From Acidilobaceae archaeon (GTDB lineage: Archaea; Thermoproteota; Thermoprotei_A; Sulfolobales; Acidilobaceae), in contig JAWAWX010000001.1 in assembly GCA_038897215.1 (NCBI GenBank), positions 965,008 to 1,029,007 of the forward strand: DNA of 64,000 bases. Direction: 5' to 3'. The notes under the pieces were generated by a model that saw nothing but the letters and a program-made list of their open reading frames with translations, was not told where the DNA came from and made no database searches. Below are positions 16,769 to 25,885 of the stretch, one piece after another (position 1 is the stretch's first letter; each line of letters begins with the position of its first letter). A program made the translations under genes and the position numbers.

Positions 16769-18130
16769 CTAGCTTCGCGCCTGGTAGTGTCTCCTGAGGG
16801 TCTCTAGAGCTTCTGCGAGCACCTCGACTAGTCTCTCTGCCTGGCTCGGGGTGTGCGCCATTGAGGGGAGGAGGTGTGGCATCTTCTCGGTCATGTAGAG
16901 GACTCCTTTGAGTCTCGCGTATAGGTGGAGTGCTGTGTATAGCTTCGAGTGTCTTCTCGTAGCGTAGGCTTCTCTCACGTTTCTAGGCTTCTTGGTGGTG
17001 AAGTGTATCCCGATCATGCTAGCCACGTTGGTGACCCAGCAGATCCTGTCTGCTTCCTCGCATATAGAGTCTATCTTCCTAGCTGTAGACTCCCAGAGGC
17101 TGTTGAAGCTCTCGTAGAGGTGCTTGTTGGATGCTAGATACCTGACAGTGGCCAGCCCGGCGGCGCAGGTGACGGGGTTGCCCGTGAATGTCCCCCCGTG
17201 GAAGCTCCTCCTCCTAGGGTTCGGTTCTCTGAGATGGTCTAGGAGTCTCATAACCTCCTCTCTACCACCGAAAGCCCCCGCTCCCGGCATCCCTCCCCCT
17301 ATTATCTTGCCTAGAGTCACTATGTCTGCTTTGACGCCGAAGTACTCCTGAGCTCCACCCAGAGACAGCCTGAACCCCGTGATCACCTCATCGAATATCA
17401 GCAAGGCTCCGTGCTCTTCAGTTAGCCTCCTCAGTTCCTCGAGATAGCCTTTCTCAGGCTCGAGCGCTCCCCCGGCTCCGGGGACTGGCTCGACTATCAC
17501 TGCTGCTACGTCGAACTCTCTAAGCTTAGCTTCAAGAGCCTCGACGTCGTTGAAGGGGACTGTTAGAGTGTACTTGATGAAATCCTCCAGTAGCCCGAGA
17601 GACTCGGGGCCCTCGAATGGGGGCGTGACTCCAGTATGGAGAGCGTCTAAGCCCCCGTGCCAGCCTCCCTCTATCTTCACCACGTACTTGCGTCCTGTGA
17701 ATGCTCTAGCTAAGCGGAGAGCGTACATGTTCGCCTCCGTGCCGCTATTAGTGAATCTCACCATCTCCAGTCCCGGCACTATCTTCGTTAATAGCTCAGC
17801 ATACTCGAGAGCATAGGGGTTCTCGAAACCCAGATGAGAGCCATCCCTGAGAGCTTCCGCGACAGCCTCCACTACTAGCTCCGGAGAGTGGCCTAGTATA
17901 AGCGACCCGTGCCCCATCCAGTAGTCATCGTAGACATTGCCGTCCACATCCCAAACCCGAGAACCCTTACCTCTACTGACGAAGAGAGGATATGGGGGAA
18001 ACCATCTTATATGGTATGTGGTGCCGCCAGGAAGCACTCTTAGAGCTCTCTCATACATAACTCTACTACCTCTAGTCCTCTCGCTCACTAACGACTCGAG
18101 CTGAGCCGTGAGGTCATCTAGCGAAGCCAT
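16769..18130 (-). CDS. Class III PLP aminotransferase, glutamate-1-semialdehyde 2,1-aminomutase-like
   Basis: SRVWDVDGNVYDDYWMGHGSLILGH, FDEVITGFR and TLGKIIGGGMP (PLP lysine), the HemL-family layout. The physiological substrate is not determinable here. Confidence 0.75.
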   Translation of the reverse strand: MASLDDLTAQLESLVSERTRGSRVMYERALRVLPGGTTYHIRWFPPYPLFVSRGKGSRVWDVDGNVYDDYWMGHGSLILGHSPELVVEAVAEALRDGSHLGFENPYALEYAELLTKIVPGLEMVRFTNSGTEANMYALRLARAFTGRKYVVKIEGGWHGGLDALHTGVTPPFEGPESLGLLEDFIKYTLTVPFNDVEALEAKLREFDVAAVIVEPVPGAGGALEPEKGYLEELRRLTEEHGALLIFDEVITGFRLSLGGAQEYFGVKADIVTLGKIIGGGMPGAGAFGGREEVMRLLDHLREPNPRRRSFHGGTFTGNPVTCAAGLATVRYLASNKHLYESFNSLWESTARKIDSICEEADRICWVTNVASMIGIHFTTKKPRNVREAYATRRHSKLYTALHLYARLKGVLYMTEKMPHLLPSMAHTPSQAERLVEVLAEALETLRRHYQARS

Positions 18131-18339
18131 AGACCAGCCCTCTCCAGGAGCCGTCTATGATGCCTGCTAGTATTCCTAAATAGCGATATGCTGGATCGCA
18201 ATGAGTAGAGAGAGCTCCAAGCACTCGACTCGCGGAGAGCAAACGTGTTCTCGAAGCTCAGAAAGAGAGTCCTAAAACTCGTAAATACCTCTAGCTTGAA
18301 GTGCAGCCTCGCTTTCAGTCTCTTCCGCTACCTCTATCC

Positions 18340-18645
18340 CTAGTATATGACTAGTATGTTTTCTTCGGGGAAGCCTAGCTCTACCAGTATCTTCTTCACT
18401 CTCTGCCTCTGATCTCCTTGAAGCTCTATCCTCCCATCTTTCGCCGTGCCGCCAACAGCTAGTCTCGATTTAAGCATTGAAGCTAGCTCTTTCAGCTTCG
18501 TTTCTCTCTCATCTATCCCCTCGATTATCGTTACCTCTTTACCAAATCTTCTCTTCTCGAGCCTAACCTTTATGATCTGCTGTTCTAGAGCTAGCTGCTC
18601 GCATATCTCGGGGGGGAGGTTACCACATACATCTAGTCCTGCCAT
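18340..18645 (-). CDS. Translation initiation factor aSUI1 (eIF1 homolog)
   Basis: [19 protein letters not shown]...[35 protein letters not shown] is the SUI1 domain. Confidence 0.9.
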   Translation of the reverse strand: MAGLDVCGNLPPEICEQLALEQQIIKVRLEKRRFGKEVTIIEGIDERETKLKELASMLKSRLAVGGTAKDGRIELQGDQRQRVKKILVELGFPEENILVIY

Positions 18646-18697
18646 CTTCTATGTTCTCCCCTCGAAACGCTCGATTCTACCTATCTCGCCTAGTAGG

Positions 18698-18705
18698 GAT
18701 ATAAG
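18698..18705 (+). promoter_or_regulatory. TATA box candidate (GATATAAG) for rpoP
   Basis: Lies 32 nt upstream of ATG 18737. A GGGGAG run sits 5 nt upstream of the ATG. Confidence 0.4.
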
Positions 18706-18736
18706 CCTTACTGAGCGTCAGGACGTGGGGAGCTAG

Positions 18737-18967
18737 ATGGCGGCTAGGCGGAGAGATGAGGATTTTCTCGAGAGAGCAGAGAGCCTCTACTACGGGATAA
18801 AAGACGTCCCAGTATACTATAGGTGTGTACAGTGCGGCTACGAGGCTGAGATACGGGAGATAACCAGGCTACCTAGCCTCATGTGCCCCAAGTGCGGGTA
18901 CAGAGTATTCGTTAAGGTTAGAGCTCCTCCTCAAAGCGGACACATCAAGAAAGTTAAAGCTATCTAG
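18737..18967 (+). CDS. rpoP: DNA-directed RNA polymerase subunit P (Rpo12), N-terminally extended
   Basis: YRCVQCGYEAE...LMCPKCGYRVFVKVRAP...IKKVKAI. The two CxxC knuckles and the terminal VKAI match the ~48-aa Sulfolobus Rpo12 I recall (YRCGKC...RCPYCGYKI...VKAI). There is no ATG, GTG or TTG between 18737 and the first knuckle. Confidence 0.8.
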   Translation: MAARRRDEDFLERAESLYYGIKDVPVYYRCVQCGYEAEIREITRLPSLMCPKCGYRVFVKVRAPPQSGHIKKVKAI

Positions 18968-19892
18968 GCCTTCCAGAGCTCTGGATTGACGCTATGATAG
19001 CTTCTTGTAGAGCCTTAGCGGCTAGTATGCTCGTAACTCCCCCTACATCGAAGGGAGGAGTCACTTCCACTACATCGATTGCTATCACTCGCTCGTCAGC
19101 TATGCTAGCTATTAGTGGTAGAGCCTCTCTCGGAGTAAGCCCCGCTGGCTCCGGATTACCGACACCGGGAGCGTACGATGGGTCGAAGACATCCATATCT
19201 ATGGTTATGTATATGTGCTCGCAGCCTGACAAGTGCCTCCTCACGCTAGCAACGATGTTAGCTAAACCCATAGCCTCCACGGACCTAGCGTGAGTAATGT
19301 GTATCGAGGGCTTCCCTCTAGCGAAGCTTATCTCCTCCTCGGAATAAGCTCTCACACCTACGTAAGCCACGCGGGTCTCTCCTAGTGCTTCAAGGATCCT
19401 CATGATTACACACGCGTGGCTGTATCTAACGCCCAGATAGTCGCTCCTCAAGTCTAGGTGTGAGTCGAAGACGACTAGGCAGGGCTTGTAGCCTGCTCTC
19501 TTAAGCCCTCTAGCTACACCAAAGGATACGATGTGCTCTCCGCCTATGACAGCAAGCTTCTTCCCCTCTCCGGCTAGCTCCTCGACCACGTCGGATAGCC
19601 TCTCGAGAGACTCCGAGATGTCTCCATGAGCTACCACCAAATCGCCCTCATCGTATATGAATGTAGGCTCGAGGAAGCCCTCGAAGGAGTAAGCGTTAGG
19701 CTCGATGTTGATCGAGGCTTCTCTAATAGAGAGAGGAGCGAACCTCTGGCCAGACCTATAGCTAGCCGTCGTGTCAAGCGGTACTCCGAGAATCAGGAAT
19801 ACCGCTTTATCCCTATCGCTATCCACGCCTGTGAACACATAGGGTCTCTTGACTACATACAGCTCTCTGGCCGTCAAGCCGGAGCCCACCAA
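18960..19892 (-). CDS. speB: Agmatinase (arginase/ureohydrolase family)
   Basis: GGEHIVS, FDSHLDLR, ITIDMDVFDPSYAPGVGNPEPAG: the Mn-binding motifs of the ureohydrolase family. Confidence 0.88.
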   Translation of the reverse strand: MVGSGLTARELYVVKRPYVFTGVDSDRDKAVFLILGVPLDTTASYRSGQRFAPLSIREASINIEPNAYSFEGFLEPTFIYDEGDLVVAHGDISESLERLSDVVEELAGEGKKLAVIGGEHIVSFGVARGLKRAGYKPCLVVFDSHLDLRSDYLGVRYSHACVIMRILEALGETRVAYVGVRAYSEEEISFARGKPSIHITHARSVEAMGLANIVASVRRHLSGCEHIYITIDMDVFDPSYAPGVGNPEPAGLTPREALPLIASIADERVIAIDVVEVTPPFDVGGVTSILAAKALQEAIIASIQSSGRPR

Positions 19893-19967
19893 CTAGCCCT
19901 AAGAAGAGAATGAAAAAGCTTATTATCCAAAAGCTCTTGAAGCCCTTAGGTTAAGGGAGGGAGCGTT

Positions 19968-21734
19968 TTGAGTGAGCGTGACCTATTCGAGATAATATCG
20001 GATCTAGCTAAGAGAAGAGGGTTCTTCTGGCAATCCTTCGAGATATACGGTGGCATCTCAGGCTTCTACGACCTGGGCCCCTATGGAGTGCTATTGAAGA
20101 ATAGAATCCTAGAGAAGTGGAGAGAGTTCTTCGTCAAAAAACATCAAGACTACGTTGTTGAGATCGAGTCGCCCATAGTAGCTCCCGGTATCGTGTTCGA
20201 GGCTAGCGGGCACGTGAAGCACTTCACAGACCCGATAGTATCCTGCCTGAAGTGCGGTAGGAGGTATAGAGCAGACCACTTGATCGAAGAGGCTCTAGGA
20301 GTGAGCGTTGAGGGTCTTAGCTTAGAGGAGCTCACGAAACTCATCCGAGAGAACAACATTCGATGCCCTGTAGACGGGGGAGATCTTAGCGAAGCCAGAA
20401 GCTTCAATCTACTCTTCAAAACCACCATAGGACCCTATGAGGATAACGTGGGCTACTTGAGACCAGAGCTTGCTCAAGGCATGTTCGTAGCGTTTAAGAG
20501 AGTCTATGAGAGTATGCGTGGAAGACTTCCACTAGGGATAGCGCAGATAGGTAGAGTTATGCGGAATGAGATAAGCCCGAGGCAGGCTATGATAAGACTG
20601 AGAGAGTTCACGATAGCTGAGATGGAGTACTTCTTCGACCCTCGGAACGAAGAAGAGAGCTGTCCCTTCTTCGAGAAGGTTAAAAGCGAGAAGCTCAAGA
20701 TACTCACATACGAAGCGAAGACTCGAGGCGAGAGCCCCGCCTGGATCACCTTAGAGGATGCCGTCGAGTCTAGAGTTATAGTCAACAAGTGTCTAGCGTA
20801 CTGGATGTATGTTGGGAGGATCTTCGCTGAAAGCCTAGGAATCCCCTCAGACAGCATAGTATTCGTTGAGAAGGGGCCGCATGAGAGAGCTCACTACTCT
20901 CGACAGACATTCGATGAGATGGTGAAGGTTTCTCGCTGGGGGTGGGTCGAGATAGCCGGGCACGCCTACAGAGGCGACTACGACCTCTCAATGCATATAG
21001 CTTACAGCAAAGCCGACTTGACAGTATTCAGACCATACTCTGAGCCAAAGGTAGTGAAGACGAAGAGACTCGTCTTAGACAAGAGGATACTAGGCTCTAT
21101 GTATAGAGAGAGGTTGGCGAGCGTCCTGGAGACCGCTAAGTCTCTCACTATAGAGGAGGTAGAGGAGAAGGTAAGGAGAGGAGAGGATATCGTAGTCGGA
21201 GACTTCTTGATCCCAGCGTCAGCTATACGCGTTGAGGAGGTAGAGGAGAAGATATATGGAGAAAAGCTAGTCCCCCATGTGGTAGAGCCATCCTTCGGGG
21301 TAGAGAGACTGCTATACGTGACGATGGAGTATGCTCTAAGAGAGAAGAACGGGAGGATAATACTGGCTTTCCCTAGAGACATAGCTCCAGTCCAGGCAGC
21401 AGTCTTCCCTCTACTCGAGAACGAGCCGGAGCTCTTGAGGAAAGCGAGAGAACTCTACGACATGCTCGTAGAATCCGGCTTCACTGTAATCTATGACGAC
21501 TCGGGGAGCATAGGTAGAAGGTATGCTCGAGCAGACGAGATCGGAGTGCCTGCAGCTTTCACTATAGACTTCCAGACACTAGAAGACGGCACCGTCACTA
21601 TGAGAGATAGAGACACGTGGAGACAGATAAGAGTACACATGAGGAACGCGCCCGAGACTCTAGCTAGATTCCTCAAAGGAGCTAGAATCGAGGACCTCGG
21701 CCCCCTCTACGAGAGAGAGTATAGAGAGCAGTAG
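19968..21734 (+). CDS. glyS: Glycyl-tRNA synthetase (archaeal/eukaryotic alpha2 type)
   Basis: GFFWQSFEIYGGISGFYDLGPYG, LRPELAQGMF, GRVMRNEISPR, EPSFGVERL, and a C-terminal anticodon-binding domain (GSIGRRYARADEIGVP). Confidence 0.95.
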   Translation: MSERDLFEIISDLAKRRGFFWQSFEIYGGISGFYDLGPYGVLLKNRILEKWREFFVKKHQDYVVEIESPIVAPGIVFEASGHVKHFTDPIVSCLKCGRRYRADHLIEEALGVSVEGLSLEELTKLIRENNIRCPVDGGDLSEARSFNLLFKTTIGPYEDNVGYLRPELAQGMFVAFKRVYESMRGRLPLGIAQIGRVMRNEISPRQAMIRLREFTIAEMEYFFDPRNEEESCPFFEKVKSEKLKILTYEAKTRGESPAWITLEDAVESRVIVNKCLAYWMYVGRIFAESLGIPSDSIVFVEKGPHERAHYSRQTFDEMVKVSRWGWVEIAGHAYRGDYDLSMHIAYSKADLTVFRPYSEPKVVKTKRLVLDKRILGSMYRERLASVLETAKSLTIEEVEEKVRRGEDIVVGDFLIPASAIRVEEVEEKIYGEKLVPHVVEPSFGVERLLYVTMEYALREKNGRIILAFPRDIAPVQAAVFPLLENEPELLRKARELYDMLVESGFTVIYDDSGSIGRRYARADEIGVPAAFTIDFQTLEDGTVTMRDRDTWRQIRVHMRNAPETLARFLKGARIEDLGPLYEREYREQ

Positions 21735-21798
21735 CTTAGCCTATAGCCCGTTAAAACCTTAAGCTTCACTCAACCGCTATCTTGTATGAGGATGGCTC

Positions 21799-22173
21799 GT
21801 GGTGACTGAAGGAAGAGTGGAGAAGACTGAGCCCGATAAGAGTAGGATCCGGCACATCTTGTCTCGAATACCTCCACCCTCAGCTCTCAGAGAGAGCCAG
21901 GAGAGAGCGGTGAGAGAGAGAAGGCTGAGGATAGTGTATGATAGTAGCGTCAAGCCTGGCTACGCTAAAGTCCACACTTCGCTGGCTAAATCTCTAGGAG
22001 TGGAGAGCTACCTAGAGGTCGTAGCGGCGGGAAAAGACCCTCTCGTGCTCAAAGCTATCCTAGAAGATTCGGTAGAAGAAGCTAGAGTGCACGTGAACCC
22101 CGAGGAGATGAAGACTCACGGGATAGCGGATAACAGCATTGTGACAGTGAGAGCAGCTAGAAAAGCAGGCTAG
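21799..22173 (+). CDS. Hypothetical protein; the C-terminal ~85 aa resemble a stand-alone CDC48/VAT-N-like cradle-loop barrel
   Basis: Internal half-repeat: AKVHTSLAKSLGVESYLEVV and ARVHVNPEEMKTHGIADNSIVTV. The second half resembles the VAT-N motif (ARIDPETMEKLGV..GD.V.I). The start is uncertain. Confidence 0.45.
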   Translation: MVTEGRVEKTEPDKSRIRHILSRIPPPSALRESQERAVRERRLRIVYDSSVKPGYAKVHTSLAKSLGVESYLEVVAAGKDPLVLKAILEDSVEEARVHVNPEEMKTHGIADNSIVTVRAARKAG

Positions 22174-22183
22174 GTCTTAGCCT

Positions 22184-22591
22184 ATGGGGTCTCAGATAGT
22201 TGAGAGGATAGCATTCATCCTCCTAGAGTACATAAGCGCTATAGATGACGCTAAGCTCGTACTAGCTCTAGCGCAGAGCAGTGACGAGAGAGAGGTAGAG
22301 CGTATTGAGAGCAAGATCTTGAGATTGAGAGAGCTAAGGCGGGGTCTCGGCGAAAGCATAGACTCCTTGATCGTCATGATTGGAGGAGAAGCAGAGCTAG
22401 ATGAGGAGGTAGCGAGCGACCTCAGCTCTTTGCTGAACTATTATCTGATAGTGGCTTATAACGATGAGCGAGAGATTTTGGAGTATGCTTCAAGCTTCAT
22501 TGATGTCAGCAGAGACCTCGAAGAACTGAGAGGGTTCAAGAACAAGATAGAGAGAGTGCTCGAGAAAGTCTCGGAGGCTCCTCGCGTTTAG
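22184..22591 (+). CDS. Hypothetical acidic helical protein
   Basis: 135-aa ORF, 10 nt downstream of the previous gene. No recognisable motif. Confidence 0.4.
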   Translation: MGSQIVERIAFILLEYISAIDDAKLVLALAQSSDEREVERIESKILRLRELRRGLGESIDSLIVMIGGEAELDEEVASDLSSLLNYYLIVAYNDEREILEYASSFIDVSRDLEELRGFKNKIERVLEKVSEAPRV

Positions 22592-22604
22592 CGTGTGCCG
22601 CGTC

Positions 22605-23561
22605 TTACTCGACAACAGGACCTATGACTGTCTCTCCAACCATCTTGTTTATTCTCTCGACCTCTGCATCTACAAATCTCTGGATCTCCTCTATGTCCTC
22701 TTGTGTTAGGCCTCTGAACCTCCCCTGGAGTGAGAGATAGTGGCGTACGTGTTTTCTCCGAGGAACTCGGACAGTGACTCTGAAGACCTCGTTGTTTACG
22801 AGCTCCCAATTGATCCACATAGCTGTCTCTACAGCGAGCCTAGCTATCTTGATGCCATATCTGGGGTCGAATCTCCAGCCTGCTGTGCATGGTTGTAGGA
22901 CTTGGATAAACGATGGGCCATCTACTTCGAGACCTTTGCGGAACTTCTCCACCATGTCTAGAGGATAGGCTGGGTTAGCTGTAGCCACGTATGGTACTTT
23001 GTGAGCTGCAACTATTTCAGCCATAGGCTTCTTCCGCTGAGTCTTCCCGTGGATCACTCTGCCTATGGGGGTCGTCGTTGTCCAAGCGTGGAGAGGCGTG
23101 GAGCCGCTTCTCTGTATCCCTGTATTCATGTAAGCCTCGTTATCATACATAACGTACATTACTCTATGTCCTCTTTCAAGCATACCGCTTAGTGCTTGAA
23201 AGCCTATGTCTGCCGTGCCGCCATCGCCAGCCACTACGACCACGTTGATCCTCTTCGATGGGTCTATCAGCCCCTTCCTAGAGAGAGCTTTCAGAGCCGC
23301 CTCTACACCGCTCGCTACTGCTCCCGCGTTCTCGAAAGCGACGTGAATCCAGGGGACTCTCCACGAGGAGTACGGGTAGACAGCCGTAGAGACTTCTAGG
23401 CAGCCTGTTGGAGTGACCACTATAGTGTTCCTACCCGTGACCTTTAGGAGGAGCCTGACTATAGTCCCAGCTGTGCACCCAGCGCAGAGCCCGTGACCTG
23501 GAGCTAGGAGCTCTTCTCGAGGCAGGTCTCTGAGAGTTCTGAATACCGTCGTTGAAGTCAT
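22605..23561 (-). CDS. 2-oxoacid:ferredoxin oxidoreductase, beta (TPP-binding) subunit
   Basis: GHGLCAGCTAG (Cys cluster) and VVVAGDGGTADIGF (TPP GDG motif). 4-nt overlap with the alpha gene. POR versus VOR cannot be told from the sequence alone. Confidence 0.9.
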   Translation of the reverse strand: MTSTTVFRTLRDLPREELLAPGHGLCAGCTAGTIVRLLLKVTGRNTIVVTPTGCLEVSTAVYPYSSWRVPWIHVAFENAGAVASGVEAALKALSRKGLIDPSKRINVVVVAGDGGTADIGFQALSGMLERGHRVMYVMYDNEAYMNTGIQRSGSTPLHAWTTTTPIGRVIHGKTQRKKPMAEIVAAHKVPYVATANPAYPLDMVEKFRKGLEVDGPSFIQVLQPCTAGWRFDPRYGIKIARLAVETAMWINWELVNNEVFRVTVRVPRRKHVRHYLSLQGRFRGLTQEDIEEIQRFVDAEVERINKMVGETVIGPVVE

Positions 23562-24772
23562 ATGTCTCCACCCCAGACAATAGTCCCGACTACCTTGCGC
23601 TCTCTAGAGAGCTTGAGTGAGAGCTTTGTGATCGCCTCGAAGTCTCTCTCGGTAACCGGCATGCCCCCTATTCCTACAGCGAAGCTCGCTAGCCTGATGT
23701 CTGTATAGCCTTCAGCGTAGATCGCTGCGAGGATCTCGAGCGCTAGCGGCGAGTCTAGAGCTGCTCCATAGCTTAGAGCTCTGTCAGCCACGACTACCAG
23801 TGAGGCTTTCGAGAGAGCTCGAGCTACGAGTTCTCCCTGAAATGGCCTCCAGAGTCTTATGCGAAGCGCTCCAACCCTAATCCCCTCCTTTCTCATAGCG
23901 TCTACCGCCGACTTGAGCGTCCCGTAGAACCCACCGTAGGTGACTACTACTATCTCAGCGTCTTCGAGCATGTAGGATTCTAGAGGAGCATAGACTCTAC
24001 CAAAGGCTTTAGCTATCCTGGAGTCGGCTTCCCTTATGACCTCTATTGACTCCAGCATTGCTCTACGCTGGATAGCCTTCACCTTAGCGTAGTAATCGGG
24101 GCCTCCTACGGAGCCGAAGGTGAGAGGTCTATCGGGGTCTAGCCTCACCTCGCGGAGCCTCTTAGGCAATAGCTTGCGCACGAACTCTCTATTAGCTGGG
24201 ATGTAGAGAGGCTCGTATGTGTGGCTCATCCAGAACCCGTCGTATGCAACAGCTACAGGTAGCAGGACTCTCGGGTCCTCGCTTATCATGTACGCCTCTA
24301 TGATCGAATCGTAGACTTCTTGTGCTGACGAGGCTATGATGGTTATCCACGAGGTGTCTCTAGCGTTCATGAGGTCGCTGTAGTCATTCCATATATTGAT
24401 TGGAGCCGAGAGAGCTCTCGTAGCCACAGCCATGACTATGGGGAGCCTCATGCCTGACGCTATGTGGAGGATCTCGTGCATGTACTCGAGCCCCTGAGAA
24501 GATGTCGAGGTGAAGGTTCTAGCTCCCGTGGCTGCTGCTCCTACTAGAGCACTGAGAGCTGAGTGCTCGCTCTCCACGTGTATTAGCTCAGCATCCATCT
24601 CCCCGTTAGCGATGAACTCGGAGAGCTTCTCTGCTACGGCTGTCTGAGGCGTGATGGGGTATACTGCTATGACGTCGACATCGGCGTCTCTCACAGCATA
24701 GGCTGTAGCGTAGTTCGAGTTTAGAATGACTCTTTTCTGCTCGACCTCACCGATCACCTCTACTTTCTGCAC
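23558..24772 (-). CDS. 2-oxoacid:ferredoxin oxidoreductase, alpha subunit
   Basis: NSNYATAYAVRDADVDVIAVYPITPQT...ESEHSALSALVGAAATGARTFTSTSSQGL is the typical PorA/VorA N-terminus. Confidence 0.9.
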   Translation of the reverse strand: MQKVEVIGEVEQKRVILNSNYATAYAVRDADVDVIAVYPITPQTAVAEKLSEFIANGEMDAELIHVESEHSALSALVGAAATGARTFTSTSSQGLEYMHEILHIASGMRLPIVMAVATRALSAPINIWNDYSDLMNARDTSWITIIASSAQEVYDSIIEAYMISEDPRVLLPVAVAYDGFWMSHTYEPLYIPANREFVRKLLPKRLREVRLDPDRPLTFGSVGGPDYYAKVKAIQRRAMLESIEVIREADSRIAKAFGRVYAPLESYMLEDAEIVVVTYGGFYGTLKSAVDAMRKEGIRVGALRIRLWRPFQGELVARALSKASLVVVADRALSYGAALDSPLALEILAAIYAEGYTDIRLASFAVGIGGMPVTERDFEAITKLSLKLSRERKVVGTIVWGGDI

Positions 24773-24773
24773 G

Positions 24774-25082
24774 CTACCTCACCTCCTCTAGAAGCGTGAT
24801 CGCCTTAACTGGGCACTCTTCAGCGCAGATACCGCAACCCTTGCAGGCATCATAGTCTATCTTGAAGGTCACATTGAACGTCCTGCCCTGACTCGTCGTG
24901 TAAGGCTCGTCGGCTATGATTATAGCCGAGTCGGGGCAGTAGACCCAGCATATGTAGCACCTCACGCACTTCTCCTGGTCTATCTCGGGTCTGAAAGTCC
25001 TCCAGTCAGCCATTTTTCTACGAGCCGAGGTCCCTCCCTCAACTACTGCCCCCAGCTCGAAGAGCACGTCTCTAGACTTCAC
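24774..25082 (-). CDS. 2-oxoacid:ferredoxin oxidoreductase, delta subunit (2x[4Fe-4S])
   Basis: CVRCYICWVYCP and CKGCGICAEECP ferredoxin motifs. Confidence 0.9.
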   Translation of the reverse strand: MKSRDVLFELGAVVEGGTSARRKMADWRTFRPEIDQEKCVRCYICWVYCPDSAIIIADEPYTTSQGRTFNVTFKIDYDACKGCGICAEECPVKAITLLEEVR

Positions 25083-25699
25083 TCTGAAACCACCTCCGTC
25101 TTCTCGTAAGCTTCTCTCAGAGCTTCAATATTCGCTTTAACTCTAGGATCTCCTCGGGGAGACTTCAGATAGCTCTCCACGTCTTCGACCTCGGTTTCGA
25201 AGACGACTCTGGCTATCGCTCTAGCTAGAGAGTCTAAGCTCACGAATCCGAGAATCTTGGCTAGAGCTCCGAGCATTGGAGTGTTAGCTATAGGAGCCTT
25301 CATATGCTTGAGCGCAATGCCGGTAGCATCGACTACAGCCACTCTACTGACTCCGAGACTCTCAGCTAGGTCCTTGGCTCTTCGCTTAGTGTTAACGACT
25401 ACCCACCCTTGAGGCTTAAGACCCGAGAGATATATGGAGGGGCTTAAGCTCGAGTCTAGCACAGCGACTATGTGGGGCTCGAGGACTACAGCTCGAGTGA
25501 CTATAGGATTCCTGGATATCCTATTATAGGCTCTTACTGGAGCTCCTCTACGCTCGGCTCCAAATTCGGGAAATGCCTGAGCGTAGAACCCCTCATCTAC
25601 AGCCGCGACAGCTAGCACTATTGCTCCAGTTACCGCTCCCTGCCCTCCTCTCCCATGCCACCTGATCCCGAGCTCTTCAGAGAGGAGCTGGAGAGACAA
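25079..25699 (-). CDS. 2-oxoacid:ferredoxin oxidoreductase, gamma subunit
   Basis: IRWHGRGGQGAVTGA is the PorG signature. I prefer the TTG start at 25699 (MSLQLLSEELGIRWHGRGGQG). A TATA-like octamer lies inside the longest ORF (to 25756), and a GGGGAG run precedes the TTG. Confidence 0.85.
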   Translation of the reverse strand: MSLQLLSEELGIRWHGRGGQGAVTGAIVLAVAAVDEGFYAQAFPEFGAERRGAPVRAYNRISRNPIVTRAVVLEPHIVAVLDSSLSPSIYLSGLKPQGWVVVNTKRRAKDLAESLGVSRVAVVDATGIALKHMKAPIANTPMLGALAKILGFVSLDSLARAIARVVFETEVEDVESYLKSPRGDPRVKANIEALREAYEKTEVVSE

Positions 25700-25744
25700 T
25701 TCGACTCCCCGAGAGTCTGCAAGAGAAGTGTTTATTGTGGGAGG

Positions 25745-25752
25745 CTTAATAT
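25745..25752 (-). promoter_or_regulatory. TATA box candidate (TATATTAA on the minus strand) for the oxidoreductase operon
   Basis: Lies about 46 nt upstream of TTG 25699. A second palindromic CTTATAAG sits at 25773-25780. Confidence 0.4.
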
Positions 25753-25885
25753 ACATCCATACGATACTCAGCGCTTATAAGGTCGGTTTTCTCGATGTAT
25801 AGATGAGATAACTACTCACGTAGAGAGCTAATCTCGCAGAGTCTCGGAGAACAGCTTCGAGATTTAGATATTGAAACGAGTGTAG

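Noticed and set aside
22588-22818. 76-aa ORF overlapping the 3' end of the oxidoreductase beta subunit. Also the alternate-frame ORFs in the ABC permease (40778..41104, 40874..41056).
   Set aside because: They lie out of frame within well-supported genes and have no motifs.
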